From: Heterodontus francisci
Lineage: Eukaryota
Length of the DNA: 64,000 nt
Reading direction: 5' to 3'
Assembly (NCBI RefSeq): GCF_036365525.1
Contig: NC_090399.1
Location: forward strand, 32,830,430-32,894,429
Shown here: one piece after another, positions 26,598-38,549 of the stretch
Position numbering within the stretch: the stretch's first letter is position 1
Layout: every line of letters begins with the position of its first letter
Position numbers and translations under genes: made by a program
The notes under the pieces: model-generated
Told to the model about the DNA's origin: nothing
Database searches by the model: none
Seen by the model: only the letters and a program-made list of their open reading frames with translations

Positions 26598-29500
26598 TGT
26601 CAGGCAAACCCTCCACCTGGCAAGACTGAGGCACGCATGATTTTCCACATGAACATTAAAACTTAAAAAAAGAAAACCCCTGACTCAAAATACATTTGCA
26701 TAGTAACAGACAGTGTTGGAACAATGGGGACCCAGTCGATGCTTCCCCAATACACAGAAGAAATGGTCAGACCAGTTTTAGTCACATGACTATCTAGCTG
26801 TTGCAGAGGTTTGAATTGAGAGTTTTAAATTGGAGAAAACAGTATTTGAAATCATAAAGCACTTTTCTCCTGGACTGATAAGACCTCCCTCCTGTCCGCT
26901 CTCATCACGCTCACACCAGCATCAGAAGCCATTGAAGACATATGAACATTAAGAGAGAAAAGTCTCCTCAATGAACAAGGTTTAAGAAGAATACTGGGCC
27001 CCAACCAAAAGCAAGACGACCTACAATCAAGTATTACAGCGAGCTCGAAGCCCAGTAAAAACCCATCTTCAGAGATTGCCTCAAACGTATTACTTTATTG
27101 TTTCTTCTGCTCTTTTCTGTCTCCACATTTACATACGTGTATTGTGTGTGCATGCTAGCATGGGCACATCGTATATCCGTAGGTGTTAACCGTATTAGAG
27201 TTTAAGTTTAAGGTTTAATAAATTTCATTTTTCTTCTTTGAATGGAAGAAAGCCTGTTTATGCTCATTTGTTTGTCTTATAAATGGAAAGCTGTGAACAA
27301 GGATTCACAAAGGGGAGCTTAAAATTAAACACTGTTACAATAAGACCAGGTGAAGATTGTAAAAGATCCCTAGACACCTTTCTCACCTGTTCATAACAGA
27401 AATTTGGGTGCTTGCATCTGGAATTTTACCTACAGATAAATGAGTGAAATTGGAAGTGGGAAGCCAAATTGTTCCCAATCAAAAGGAACAAATTTCAATA
27501 CAGGCTTTCTTGTGGTTGTGTGTGATTGAATACTAACATGTCTGCAACATAAATTAACAGCTCTCCAAGCCAGGGTGAAGTAACTTGGGATAAGTTAAAA
27601 GCACTGTCTGTGGAGGAGTTGAGGAAAATGGCTGAGCAGTGTGGGATCACTGTACTTGACAAGACTAGGAAGTCTGAACTCCTAAAGCTAGTGGCCATCC
27701 ACTTTCCCTTGAATGTGAAGAAGCAGAAGCAATGTTAGAAGCAGACCCTGACAGGGTACTGTTACCAAGGTTGCAATTGGAACAAAGGAAACTTGAATTC
27801 GAGGAAAAATAGAAAGAGACAGGAAAGCGAGAGAGAGAGGGACAGGAGAGGGAGAAAGAGCATGCCTTCCAAAAGGAACATAAACAGAAAGAAAGGCAGG
27901 GGAGAGAGAGAGAAAGAATATTCCAGGAAGAATCCAAAGAGAGAGAATAGAGGCTGCTTGAGTTATTTAGGGGGCGATAGAGTAAACCCAGTGAAAACAT
28001 GGCCAATATTGAGGAGCGCAATTCAAGGCTGGAAACGAGTTTGTTAAAAGTCGCTCAATTAATTCCAATATTCAATGAGGAAGATGTGGAAGCGTTTTTT
28101 TTGTCGTTTGAGAAACTGGCAAGGCAGCTAAAATGGCTAGCTGAGACCTGATGTCTCTTATTGCAAAGCAAACGAACTGGAAAAGCCCATGAGGTTTATT
28201 TCTTGTTGCCAGATGAGACTTCATCAAATTGTGAACTGACCAAAAATGCTATCCTCGGGGCATATGAATTAGTACCCAAGGTCTATCGCTAAAAGTTTAG
28301 AACCCTCAAAAAGCAAGCCCATAAAACTTATCTGGAGTTAGAAAGAAGCAAGCAGCTGACTTCTGACCAGTGGCTGAGGGCTTTAAACATATAGTTCAGC
28401 TATAAGACTCTCAGAGAAGTAATCCTGTTAGAGGAATTTAAAAACTGTCACCCTTTCTCAATAAAGACCCATGTGAGAGGAGCAATGGGTTCAGGGAGCC
28501 CGGCAAGCGGCCGTCCTGGCCAATGAGTTTGCTTAAATTTATAAGTCAGTTTCCCAGAGGGAGAACGTTTCCTAATCACCCCCACAAATCCAGAAAAGAC
28601 AAAGGGTGGGAAGGTGATATCTGCCCAGGCAGACCTGGAAGAGAAAGGAAAGCACGAGACACAGGGAGCCCTCCTCCATCTGAAAAGGAAGGTGCTGTGA
28701 GCAATAGTGAGACCCAGAGACCAGTGTGCTTCCATTGTAATAAGGCAGGGCATTTAAAAGCTGACTGCTGGAAACTAAAGGGAAAGCTGGTAGGGTTAAT
28801 CAGGGCACACCCACTCAGTGCAGATGGGACCCTGAGGGAACACATGGAATAAACTATGGCTTTAACTGCAATAAGAGTTCCACCCAGGAAGCTTACTACG
28901 GCAAATGCAGGAAAAGTTATTAGGATTCCTGAAGGTTATCAGCGTTTTTTTTTCCTTATTCACTCACGGGATGTGGGCGTCGCTGGCCAGGCCAGCATTT
29001 ATTGCCCATCCCTAATTGCCCTTGAGAAGATGGTGGGTGAGCTGCCTTCTTGAACCGCTGCAGTCCATGTGGGGTAGGTACACCCACAGTGCTGTTAGGA
29101 GGGGAGTTCGAGGATTTTGACCTAGCGACAGTGAAGGAACGGCAATATAGTTCCAAGTCAGGGTGGTGTGTGACTTGGAGGGGAACTTGCAGGTGGTGGT
29201 GTTCCCATGCATTTGCTGCCCTTGTCCTTCTAGTTGGTAGAGATCGCGGGTTTGGAAGGTGCTGTCGAAGGAGCCTTGGTGCATTGTTGCAGTGCCAAAA
29301 GAAAGAAAGAAAGAATCTTGTAGATGGTACACACTGCTGCCACTGGGCATCGGTGGTGGAGGGAGTGAATGTTTGTAGATGGGGTGCCAATCAAGCGAGC
29401 TGTTTTGTCCTGGATGGTGTCGAGCTTCTTGAGTGTTGTTGGAGCTGCACCCATCCAGGCAAGTGGAGAGTATTCCATCACACTCCTGACTTGTGCCTTG

Positions 29501-31100
29501 TAGATTGTGGACAGGCTTTGGGGAGTCAGGAGGTGAGTTACTCGCCTCAGGATTCCTAGCCTCTGACCTGCTCTTGTAGCCACGGTATTTATATGGCTAC
29601 TCCAGTTCAGTTTTCGGTCAATGGTAGCCCCTAGGATGTTGATAGTGGGGGATTCAGCGATGGTAATGCCATTGAATGTCAAGGGGAGATAGTTAGATTC
29701 TCTTTTGTTGGAGATGGTCATTGCCCAGCACTTGTGTGGCGCGAATGTTACTTGCCACTTATCAGCCCAAGCCTGGATATTGTCCAGGTCTTGCTGCATT
29801 TCTACATGGACTGCTTCAGTATCTGAGGAGTCACAAATGGTGCTGAACATTGTACAATCATGAGTGGTGGAATACTGCAGGAGTTGCCCCATGTGCCAGG
29901 TTGAGGAGAAACCTCAACCTGCAGCGAAACCTGCACCCTATGTCCTGTACCAGTGTTAGGAAGACCATCCAGCAGAGGGTTGCTGAACTGTAAGGGACTC
30001 CCGCCAAGAACAAAGAGGACAAGCAGGCACATGGCTGGCAAAAGTTTAGAAAGAGAAGAGGAAAATGTGACCAAGAGGGCACATTAGAGGAAGTCTGGAA
30101 AGAATCCCGGATGAAAACCCCTACTGCCTGGTCAACCAACCCCGAAAAATGTGAAAACTTAGACCCCACGTCCTCCTATGTAAATGCAGACTCTAGAAGC
30201 ACCCCACCAGAGTTGCTAACAGCTTTTTCAGAAACTTGTAGAAAGAAAGAGAGACCTCTGAGGGGTAGAGAAACCATGAGGGTGATGCTTCACCAGTCAA
30301 AGTGCCATAGGATAGTGCAGCCAAGTTTGCACAAATACCTACAGGTAGGAGTTCCCCAGAGAACAAAGGGGAGAGTAACAAAGACTCCTCCCCCACAGTC
30401 AGAGGAAAAGGGAACCACCCATCCTCTCAATTCAGAAGTCTTTGCATGACTTAGAGGGTTCAGGACTGACCCGCCCAAGACCAACTCTCTTGAGGAAAAA
30501 AAGGGGGAAATTAAAACAGTCCCGGCACCCAGAATAGACCATTTTTAATCGGCTTTAAGATTGGTGAATGGATGGAAATGAATGAGAGAAGTGCATGGTT
30601 TTTCTTTCTGTATCTAATATTTCTCACAAACGCTGTAATGAAATGCACCAGTTTTCCTCAAATTGCATTTCATTTCCCTGGGTCTGGAGGTGTCAGGCAA
30701 ACCCTCCACCTGCCAAGACTGAGGCACATATTATTTCGCCACATGAACATTTAAACGTAATAATTGCAAGCCCCTGAATGGAAATATATTTGCATAGTAA
30801 CACACAGTGTTGGAACAATGGGGACCCAATTATTCCTTCCCCACTACTCAGAAGAAGTGGTCAGACCAGTTGTAGTCACATGACTAACTGGTTCTTGCAG
30901 AGGTTTGAATTGAGAGTTTTAAATTGGAGAAAACAGTAATTGAAATCAGAAAGCACATTTCTCCTGGACTGCTAAGACCTCCCTCTTGTCTGCATCTCAT
31001 CTTGCTCACAGCATCGGAAACCATTGAAGACATAAGAACAGTAAGAGAGAAAGGTCTCCTCAGTGAACAAGGCTAAAGAAAAATGGTGGGCCCCAACCAA
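26598..31100 (+). mobile_element. Gmr1-like Gypsy provirus lacking most of pol: 5' LTR 26598-27398, degenerate PBS, gag, 3' LTR from 30691 (truncated)
   Basis: Both LTRs start TGTCAGGCAAACCCTCCACC; gag zinc knuckle CFHCNKAGHLKADC (~28726); purine tract before 30691. Confidence 0.85.
28958..29860 (-). mobile_element. CR1/L2-group LINE 3' part, a family distinct from the dominant CR1
   Basis: QQDLDNIQAWADKWQVTFAPHKC..YKAQVRSVMEY; a short 3' piece of the same family lies at 1014-1085 (+). Confidence 0.8.
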
Positions 31101-31103
31101 AAT

Positions 31104-31204
31104 TGCAGTGGTTAGCACTGCAGCCTCACAGCTGCAGTTCTGGGTACTGCCTGTGTGGATTTTGCAAGTTCTCCCTGTGATAAAGTGGGTTTTCTCTGGG
31201 TGCC
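31104..31204 (+). mobile_element. SINE 5' fragment
   Basis: Matches the head of the 24228 SINE. Confidence 0.7.
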
Positions 31205-31209
31205 AAGCC

Positions 31210-32892
31210 TGTTATGCTCGCAGCACTCCATGAACTGCTTTGCCTGTGCTCATGAGGGAGCAGTACCACAGGACATGCGTGATGCTAATATTATCACCCA
31301 ATATAAGAACAAGGGTGACCGCAGTGACTTCAACAACTACCATGGAATCTCCCTGCTCAGCATAGTGGGGAAAGCCTTCGCTCGAGTCATTTTAAACAAA
31401 CTCCAGAAGCTGGCTGAGCGTGTCCACCCTGAGGCGCAGTGTGGCTTTTGAGCAGAGAGATCCGCCATTGACATGCTGTTCTTCCTTCGCCAGATACAGG
31501 AGAAAAGCTGCGAAAAACACATGCCCCTCTACGTTGCTTTCATAGATCTCACCAAAGCCTTTGACCTTGTCAGCGGATGTGGTCTCTTCAGACTACTAGA
31601 AAAGATCGGATGTCCACCAAAGCTACTCAGTATCATCACCTCATTCCATGACAATATGAAAGGTACAATTCAGCATAGCGGCACCTCATCAGACCCCTTT
31701 CCTATCCTGAGTGGAGTGAAACAGGGCTGTGTTCTCGCACCTACGCTGTTTGGGATCTTCTCCCTGCTGCTCTCACATGAGTTGAAGTCTTCAGTAGCAG
31801 GAATTTTCCTCCACACAAGATCAGGTGGCAGGTTGTTCAACCTTGCCCGTCTAAGAGCAAAGACCAAAGTATGGAAGGTCCTCATCAGGGAAGTTCCCTT
31901 TGCTGACGATGCTGCTTTAACATCTCACACTGAAGAGTGTCTGCAGAGACTCATCGACAGGATTGCGGCTGCCTGCAATGAATTTGGTCCCCTAACCATC
32001 ATCCTCAAGAAAGCGAATATCATGGGACAGGACGTCAGAAATGCTCCATCCATCAATATTGTAAACCACGCTCTGGAAGCGGTTCAGAGTTTACCCACCT
32101 GGGCTCAACTATCACCAGTAATCTATCTCTCGATGCAGAAATCAACAAGCGCATGGAAAGGCGTTTGCTGCTATGCCCAGACTGGCCAAGAGAGTGTGGG
32201 AAAATGGCACACTGACACGGAACACAAAAATCCGAGTGTATCAAGCCTGTGTCCTCAGTAACTTTCTCTACGTCAGCGAGGCCTGGAAAATGTATGTCAG
32301 CCAAGAGCGATGTCTCAACGCATTCCATCTTCGCTATCTCTGGAGAATCCTTGGCATCAGGTGGCAGGACCGTATCTGCAACGCAGAAGTCCTCGAGGTG
32401 ACATCCCCAGCATATACACACTACTGAGTCAGCGGCGCTTGAGATGGCTTGGCCATGTGAGCCGCATGGAAGATGGCAGGATCCCCAAGGACACATTATA
32501 CAGCGAGCTCGTCACTGGTATCAGACCCACTGGCCGTCCATGTCTCCACTTTAAAGACGTCTGCAAACGCGAAATTAAGTCCTGCGACATTGACCGCAAG
32601 TCGTGGGAGTCAGTTGCCAGTGATCGCCAGAGCTGGTGGACAGCTCTAAAGGTGGGCTAAAAAGAGGCGAGTCGAAGAGACTCAGCAGTGGGCAGGAAAA
32701 GAGACAGAAGTGCATGGAGAGAGCCAATTGTTTAACAGCTCCAACAACCAATTTTATCTGCAGCAGCTGTGGAAGAGTCGGTTACTCTAGAATTGGCCTT
32801 TATAGCCACTCCAGGCGCTGCTTCACAAACCAGTGACCACCTCCAGGCGCTTACCCATTGTCTCCCGGGACAAGGAGGCCAAAGAAAGAAAG
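31210..32892 (+). mobile_element. 5'-truncated RTE (BovB-like) LINE
   Basis: Closely similar to 7127-8830; RT motifs and ggccaaagaaag tail. Confidence 0.92.
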
Positions 32893-33241
32893 ACTTAATT
32901 TGGAAACTTAAAAAATTGATTAAGTAATGTGAGACAGCTACCTTAAAGGCAATCAGTATTTAAACTTGCACTATAATAAGATACAATTGATTATGTAACA
33001 CGAGGGTAATTGTATAACCTATTGGTAGATACTTAAAATGATTTAATGAATGATTAATGTACTCTAAAAATAAAATTGCGACTGTATTATGATTGCACAA
33101 TTGATTGATTATGTAATAGTGATGCTGAAATTGTGCTTTCTTTAACATTACACTGCTTATGCTTTGGCTTTTAAAATGAAATTGTAATTGCACAAGTGTA
33201 CTACCTAAGAGACATAGCCCTGCAGGATCAAAGGGGGGGAC

Positions 33242-33821
33242 TGTAGACCCAGTAAAGCACATAAGAACTTAGTTGAAACAAAGGGCTAGTTAGACATAAT
33301 TATACAGTGTGCTGAAACATGGGGGAGGTGGGGGGTGGTGGTTGGGTAGAAAGGGGAACAGCAAAGATGCTAACAGACTGTATTCTTGCACATACCAGAT
33401 AAAGGTGTCGCTATGGACACAAGATACAATTAGACTCACAGTAGACAATGGGAAACTAAAGAAATGAACCAGGTTCTCACTGAGCCAAATAAGGAATTAT
33501 CATTATGTCATTATACCAGACCCCTATGAGTAAGTAAGAGGGGCGGGTCTTGGAAACAAGATTTAACCCCTGACTGAAACTGTGTAAGGCACGAGAACCC
33601 CAGGGAAGAACACTCGAGAAGATACCCTGTGCCAGGGGCTCAGAGAACAGAAGAGCAGCCGCAAGTCCGACACTGATCACCTCGTGCCTTGATGGGTAGT
33701 ATACTGTGCAAGTAGTGAGAGCTTGTACTTGATGATTTAGTGCATGAATAAAATATTGATATGCCTTTCACCAATCAGCTTCTGTGGATTCTTTAAGAGT
33801 AAGTGCGGATTAGACACAACA
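33242..33821 (+). mobile_element. 3' LTR of an LTR element/ERV
   Basis: Polypurine tract AAAGGGGGGGAC directly before TGTAG; ends CAACA; AATAAA at ~33747. Confidence 0.6.
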
Positions 33822-33984
33822 AGAGTAGCCCAGAGACAGAGAGCACAGTCAGACTGGCGGGAGGATAAAAGCAGCCCGGAGAGTGAGAGCACAGCGAGAC
33901 CAGCGATGTGGATAAAACAGCAGCCTGGAAAGTGAGAGCACAGTGATCCTGGTAGGGAAGATGAAAGAGCTGTCAAATACAATT

Positions 33985-36745
33985 AGTTGAAAGGGGAGGT
34001 GAAGAGGAAAATAAGACTAGCAAAGAGAGAACATGAGAATAGAATGACAGCCAGCATAACAGGGAACCCAAAAATCTTCTGCCGGCATGTAAATAGTAAG
34101 CGGGTAGTAAGAAGTGCAGTGGGGCTGATGAGGGATGAAGAGGATAATATAGACTTCAAGGTACAGGTCAAGGCTAGAATACTTAATGAGTACTTTGAAT
34201 CGGTGCTTATCGGAAGAGGAATCTGACAAAATACCAGAGTAGGGTAAAAAATGAGAGGGGTGGCACTAAAAAGGCTGGCAATGGTTAGGGTAGATAAGTC
34301 ACCTGGACTGGATGGCTTGCATCCCAGGTTGCAAAAGGAAATGGGTGGAGATAGTGGAAGGGCTTGCCATAATCTTCCAGTTTTCCCTAGACATGGGGGA
34401 GGTGCCAGAGAACTGGACAGTATCAAATGTGGCATCCTTATTCAAGAAAGGATGTAAGGACAGTCCTAGCAACTACAGGCCAGTTAGTTTAACATCAGTG
34501 GTGGGTAAGGTTTTAGAAACAATGATCAGGATAAAAATCAACTGACACTTGGAGAGGTTTGAGTTAATTAAGGAGAACCAGCATGGATTTGTAAAAGGTA
34601 GATCATGCTTAACTAATCAAATTGAATTTTTTGATTAAGTAACAGAGAAGGTTGATGAAGGGAATGTGATGGATGTTGTTTATGTGGATTTTAAGAAAGC
34701 GTTTGATAAGGTATCAAAAACAATTCTGGTTAACAAAATTGAGGCTCATGGAAGAAGAAAGTTAGAGTCCAATTGGATAAAAAATTGGCTTAAGTACAGA
34801 GAACAGTGAGTAGTGGTAAATGGCTGTTTTTCAGACTGGAGGATGGTAGACAGTGATGTTCCCCAAGGGTCAGTGCTGGAACCACTGCTTTTTTTGCTTT
34901 TGATAAATGACTTGGATCTTGGAATACAGCATAGAATTTCCAAATTTGCCAATGATACCAAACTTGGAGGAGTGGCAAACAGTGAGGATGATATAAACTG
35001 GACATAGGGTAGCAGAGTGGGCAGATAGGTGGCAGATGAAATTTAATACTGACAAGTGTGAGGTGATACATTTTGGCAGAATGAATAGGGTGAGTCAATA
35101 TAAACTTAATGGCATAGTTCTACAGAGTGTGCAGGAACAGAGGGATCTCGGGGGGCATATGCATCAACCTTTGAGGGTGACAGGACATATTGAGAGAGTG
35201 GTTAGCAAAGCATATGAGATCTTGGGCTATATAAACAGAGGCAATGAGTACAAAAACAGAGAAGTTGTGCTGAACCTTTATAGAGTTATGGTTAGGCCCC
35301 AACTAGAGTATTGCAACCAGTTCCAGTCACCACACTTCAGGAAGGATGTGAGGGTCATTGAAAGGGTGCAGAGGAGATTTACCAGAATTGTTCCAGGGAT
35401 GAAGGATTTAAGTTACACGGTTAGGTTGGAAAAGCTGGGGATATTCTCCCGAGAGCAAAGGAGATTGAAGGGAGATTTGATAGCAGTTGCTACGACCAGG
35501 TGAGAAAGAGATCTAGGGGTTCACTTTCAGCCTCCACTGGGGCTTACTGTAATCGGATTTTTGTTTTAAATGCACTGTGTTTTAGCTCCCCCTTGATGAA
35601 TGCTTGTTCACCACTTTCCAATTATCAGGCAAAGAAATGAGCACAAACAGGCTTTCTTTGGTTTAAAGAAGAAAAGTGAAATTTATTAAAACTTAAACTC
35701 TAATTCAGTTAACGCCTATGGATACACGTCACGGCCCACGCTAACATGCATACGTGATATGCACATGCAAATCGAGGACTGAAAAGAGCAGAAGAAAAAT
35801 AGTGGAGAGGTTTGAGACAATCTCGGAAGAAGGGTTTTTGTTACTGTGCTTCGAGCTCACTGTAGTCCTTGCTTGTAGGTAGATCTTGTTTTTCTTTAGG
35901 GCCCAGAATTCTTCTTCAACCTTATTCACTGGAGGAGACTTTTCTCTCTCGGGGTTCATGTGTCTTCAATGGATTCTGAAGCCTGTGAGAGAGATGACAG
36001 CAGACAGGAGAGGCTTTTTTCAATCCAGGAGCAAACAACTTTCTCGCAGTTCAAAACTCTGTGACAAGTGCAAATTCAAAAAAGTCAGGTTGCCCAGCAG
36101 GTTAGTTATGTGTCTAGTGGGTGTGACCACATCCGGTTGTGTATTCGGCCATCTTAACAGTCAACCTGGAATGCCAGCTCCTCCACCCTCAATGTCTAGT
36201 AATCAAAAGCCCATTGTCGATTAATTTGAAGCAGGGAGTAGCCCCTTTGTCCTTTCCAAGTACTGTCTGTGACTATGCAAAAATGTCTCTCCAGCCAAGA
36301 ATCCATTGCGGGTTTTTTAAACCAGTTCTTTCTTCACTCCAGTTACAGTATAAAATTAATGTACATGTGGTAAAATTAATATTCCTCATTCTTGGCTTGC
36401 ATGACATAGTATATAAGATTATGACAGGCTTTGATAAGGTAGACAAGGAAAAACTGTTCCCATTAACTAATCAAACAAGTACTAGGGGAACAGATGGAAA
36501 GTTTTGGGAAAATGATGCAGGGTGAATGTGAGGAAGAACTTTTTTACGCAGCGAGTAGTAATGACCTGGAACTCACTGCCCATGAGGGTGGTGGAAGTGG
36601 AGACAATCAATGATTTTAAACGGAAATCGGATGGACAGTTGAAGGAAATAAACTTACAGGGCAACGGGGATTGAGCGGGGGAGTGGGATTGACTGGATTG
36701 CTGCATGGAGAGTTGGCATGGACTCGATGGGCCAAATGGACTCCT
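33985..36745 (+). mobile_element. CR1 LINE interrupted by a solo LTR
   Basis: KSPGLDGLHP, NYRPVSLTSVVGK, VPQGSVL, LEYCNQF; resumes at 36407 through the 3' tail. Confidence 0.88.
35488..36406 (-). mobile_element. Solo LTR (26598 family)
   Basis: TG...CA termini, near-matching 4-bp flanks cagt/tagt, similar to 19845-21376. Confidence 0.75.
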
Positions 36746-37009
36746 CCTATGCCGCATATGAATCAGAAAGCACATTTGCATGCCAAGGGTAATAAACATT
36801 TGGTGCTCCCTACTCAAAATGGTTGTGCAGGTTGGGACAATTGGAGTTTTTCAGACTAAGATTGCTCAATTCAGACCTGGAAAATGGAATTAGATGCAGG
36901 ATCAGCAATGCCCTATTTGAATAGTTTGGCAGGCCCCAGGGACTGACTGACCACCTTCTGTTCCTAATATTCTTCCCTCTATCAATTCCTGGATTAAACG
37001 CTTATCCGC

Positions 37010-37051
37010 CCTGGCAACTGGTGATGTAACTATCAGCATTTCTCTGATTGG
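37010..37051 (+). promoter_or_regulatory. MHC SXY-type module: X1 box (RFX), X2 (CREB/ATF-like), Y box (NF-Y)
   Basis: CCTGGCAACTGGTG (37010-37023), overlapping TGATGTAA, then CTGATTGG (37044-37051) exactly 20 bp after X1. Lies about 300 bp upstream of the class I ATG. Confidence 0.75.
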
Positions 37052-37083
37052 ATAATTCACGATATTCCATTTGTTGGGGATCC

Positions 37084-37179
37084 TGACTCAAACTGTCTGG
37101 GACTATTCTGCCTGGAGCCTTTTGACTCACAGTCTGTTTTAATTCTGATTGGATATTAACTTATCGTCCAACCAATCAG
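37084..37179 (+). promoter_or_regulatory. Additional proximal promoter motifs (2x AP-1, 2x CCAAT)
   Basis: TGACTCA at 37084 and 37123; CTGATTGG at 37145; CCAATCAG at 37172. Confidence 0.5.
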
Positions 37180-37353
37180 TCTAGGGCAGTCTGAGGAAGC
37201 AGGACCAGTGTTTAATCTCATCAGTACAGGACACAGCTCACAGACTGAGACACAGTATCAGTACAGGACACAGCTCAGAGACAGTGAATCAATGGTCTTT
37301 TGGAAAAGGATTTCCAACAAACTGCTCATCCCAGCCTGTCGAGGGAAGCAACA

Positions 37354-37402
37354 ATGATTGCACTCATAGTGCTGGTCCTTCTGTGTGGAGGGGTCTCTGC
37401 AG
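37354..37402 (+). CDS. MHC class I heavy chain, exon 1 (signal peptide MIALIVLVLLCGGVSA)
   Basis: acaATG start, 16 hydrophobic codons ending VSA, then G|GTGAGT donor (phase 1). Joins to 49071 to give GGC=Gly of GSHSLRY. Not in the ORF track because it is too short. Confidence 0.9.
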
Positions 37403-38449
37403 GTGAGTAATGGGGTGTGAGAGGGGCAGTGCCAGACTGGGTATTGGGACATTAACTCTCGGTCAGTGAGTAATGGGGTGTGAGAGGGACAGTGCCAGAC
37501 TGGGTATTGGGACAGTAACCCTCTGTCAGTGAGTAATGGGACGTGAGAGGGACAGTGCCAGACTGGGTACTGGGACAGTAACCTTCGGTCAGTGAGTAAT
37601 GGGGTGTGAGAGGGACAGTGCTAGACTGGGTACTGGGGCATTAACCCTCGGTCAGTGAGTAATGGATTGTGAGAGGGTCAGTGCCAGACTGGGTATTGGG
37701 ACAGTAACCTTCGGTCAGTGAGTAATGGGGCGTGAGAGGGACAGTGCCAGACTGGGTACTGGGGCAGTAACCCTCGGTCAGTGAGTAATGGGGTGTGAGA
37801 GGGACAGTGCCAGACTGGGTACTGGGACAGTAACCTTCGGTCAGTGAGTAATGGGGTGTGAGAGGGACAGTGCCAGACTGGGTACTGGGGCATTAACCCT
37901 CTGTCAGTGAGTAATGGATTGTGAGAGGGTCAGTGCCAGACTGGGTATTGGGACAGTAACCTTCGGTCAGTGAGTAATGGGGCGTGAGAGGGACAGTGCC
38001 AGACTGGGTACTGGGGCAGTAACCCTCGGTCAGTGAGTAATGGAACGTGAGAGGGACAGTGCCAGACTGGGTATTGGGACAGTAACCTTCGGTCAGTGGG
38101 TAATGGGGCGTGAGAGGGACAATGCCAGACTGGGTACTGGGGCAGTAACCCTCGGTCAGTGAGTAATGGGGTGTAAGAGGGACAGTGCCAGACTGGGTAC
38201 TGGGGCAGTAACCCTCGGTCAGTGAGTAACGGGGTGTAAGAGGGACAGTGCCAGACTGGGTACTGGGAAATGAACCCTCGGTCAGTGAGTAATGGGGTCT
38301 GAAAGGGACTGTGCTAGACTGGGTACTGGGGCATTAACCCTCCTTCAGTGAGTAATGGGGCGTGAGAGGGACAGTGCCAGACTGGGTACTGGGACACGAA
38401 CCCTCGGTCAGTGAGTAATGGATTGTGAGTGGGACAGTGCCAGACTGGG
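37403..38449. repeat. 63-bp minisatellite at the start of MHC intron 1 (resumes 41256-41450)
   Basis: Unit gtcagtgagtaatggggtgtgagagggacagtgccagactgggtactgggacagtaaccctcg; about 16 copies plus about 3 after the Penelope insertion. Confidence 0.95.
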
Positions 38450-38512
38450 ATAAAAACAAGAAATGCTGGAACCACTCAGCAGGCCTGGCAGCATCTGTGG
38501 AAAGAGAAGCAG

Positions 38513-38549
38513 AGTTAACGTTTCGGGTCAGTGACCCTTCTTCGGAACT
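38513..38549 (-). ncRNA. Minimal hammerhead ribozyme motif (PLE-associated)
   Basis: Exact reverse complement of 41117-41153. Confidence 0.7.

Noticed and set aside
26289-26666. Mucin-like ORF with repeated NST sequons
   Set aside because: The 84-bp unit is a multiple of 3; non-ATG start; runs into an LTR; no exon boundaries.
16627-37000. First exon of the GPR139-like gene
   Set aside because: No TM1-encoding exon with a phase-1 donor found by eye; it may be deleted or missed.
37099-37108. NF-kB (enhancer A) site GGGACTATTC
   Set aside because: Does not fit GGGRNNYYCC; no ISRE recognised nearby.
37403-38449. CRISPR-like regular repeats
   Set aside because: Contiguous tandem units with no unique spacers, no cas genes, vertebrate context.
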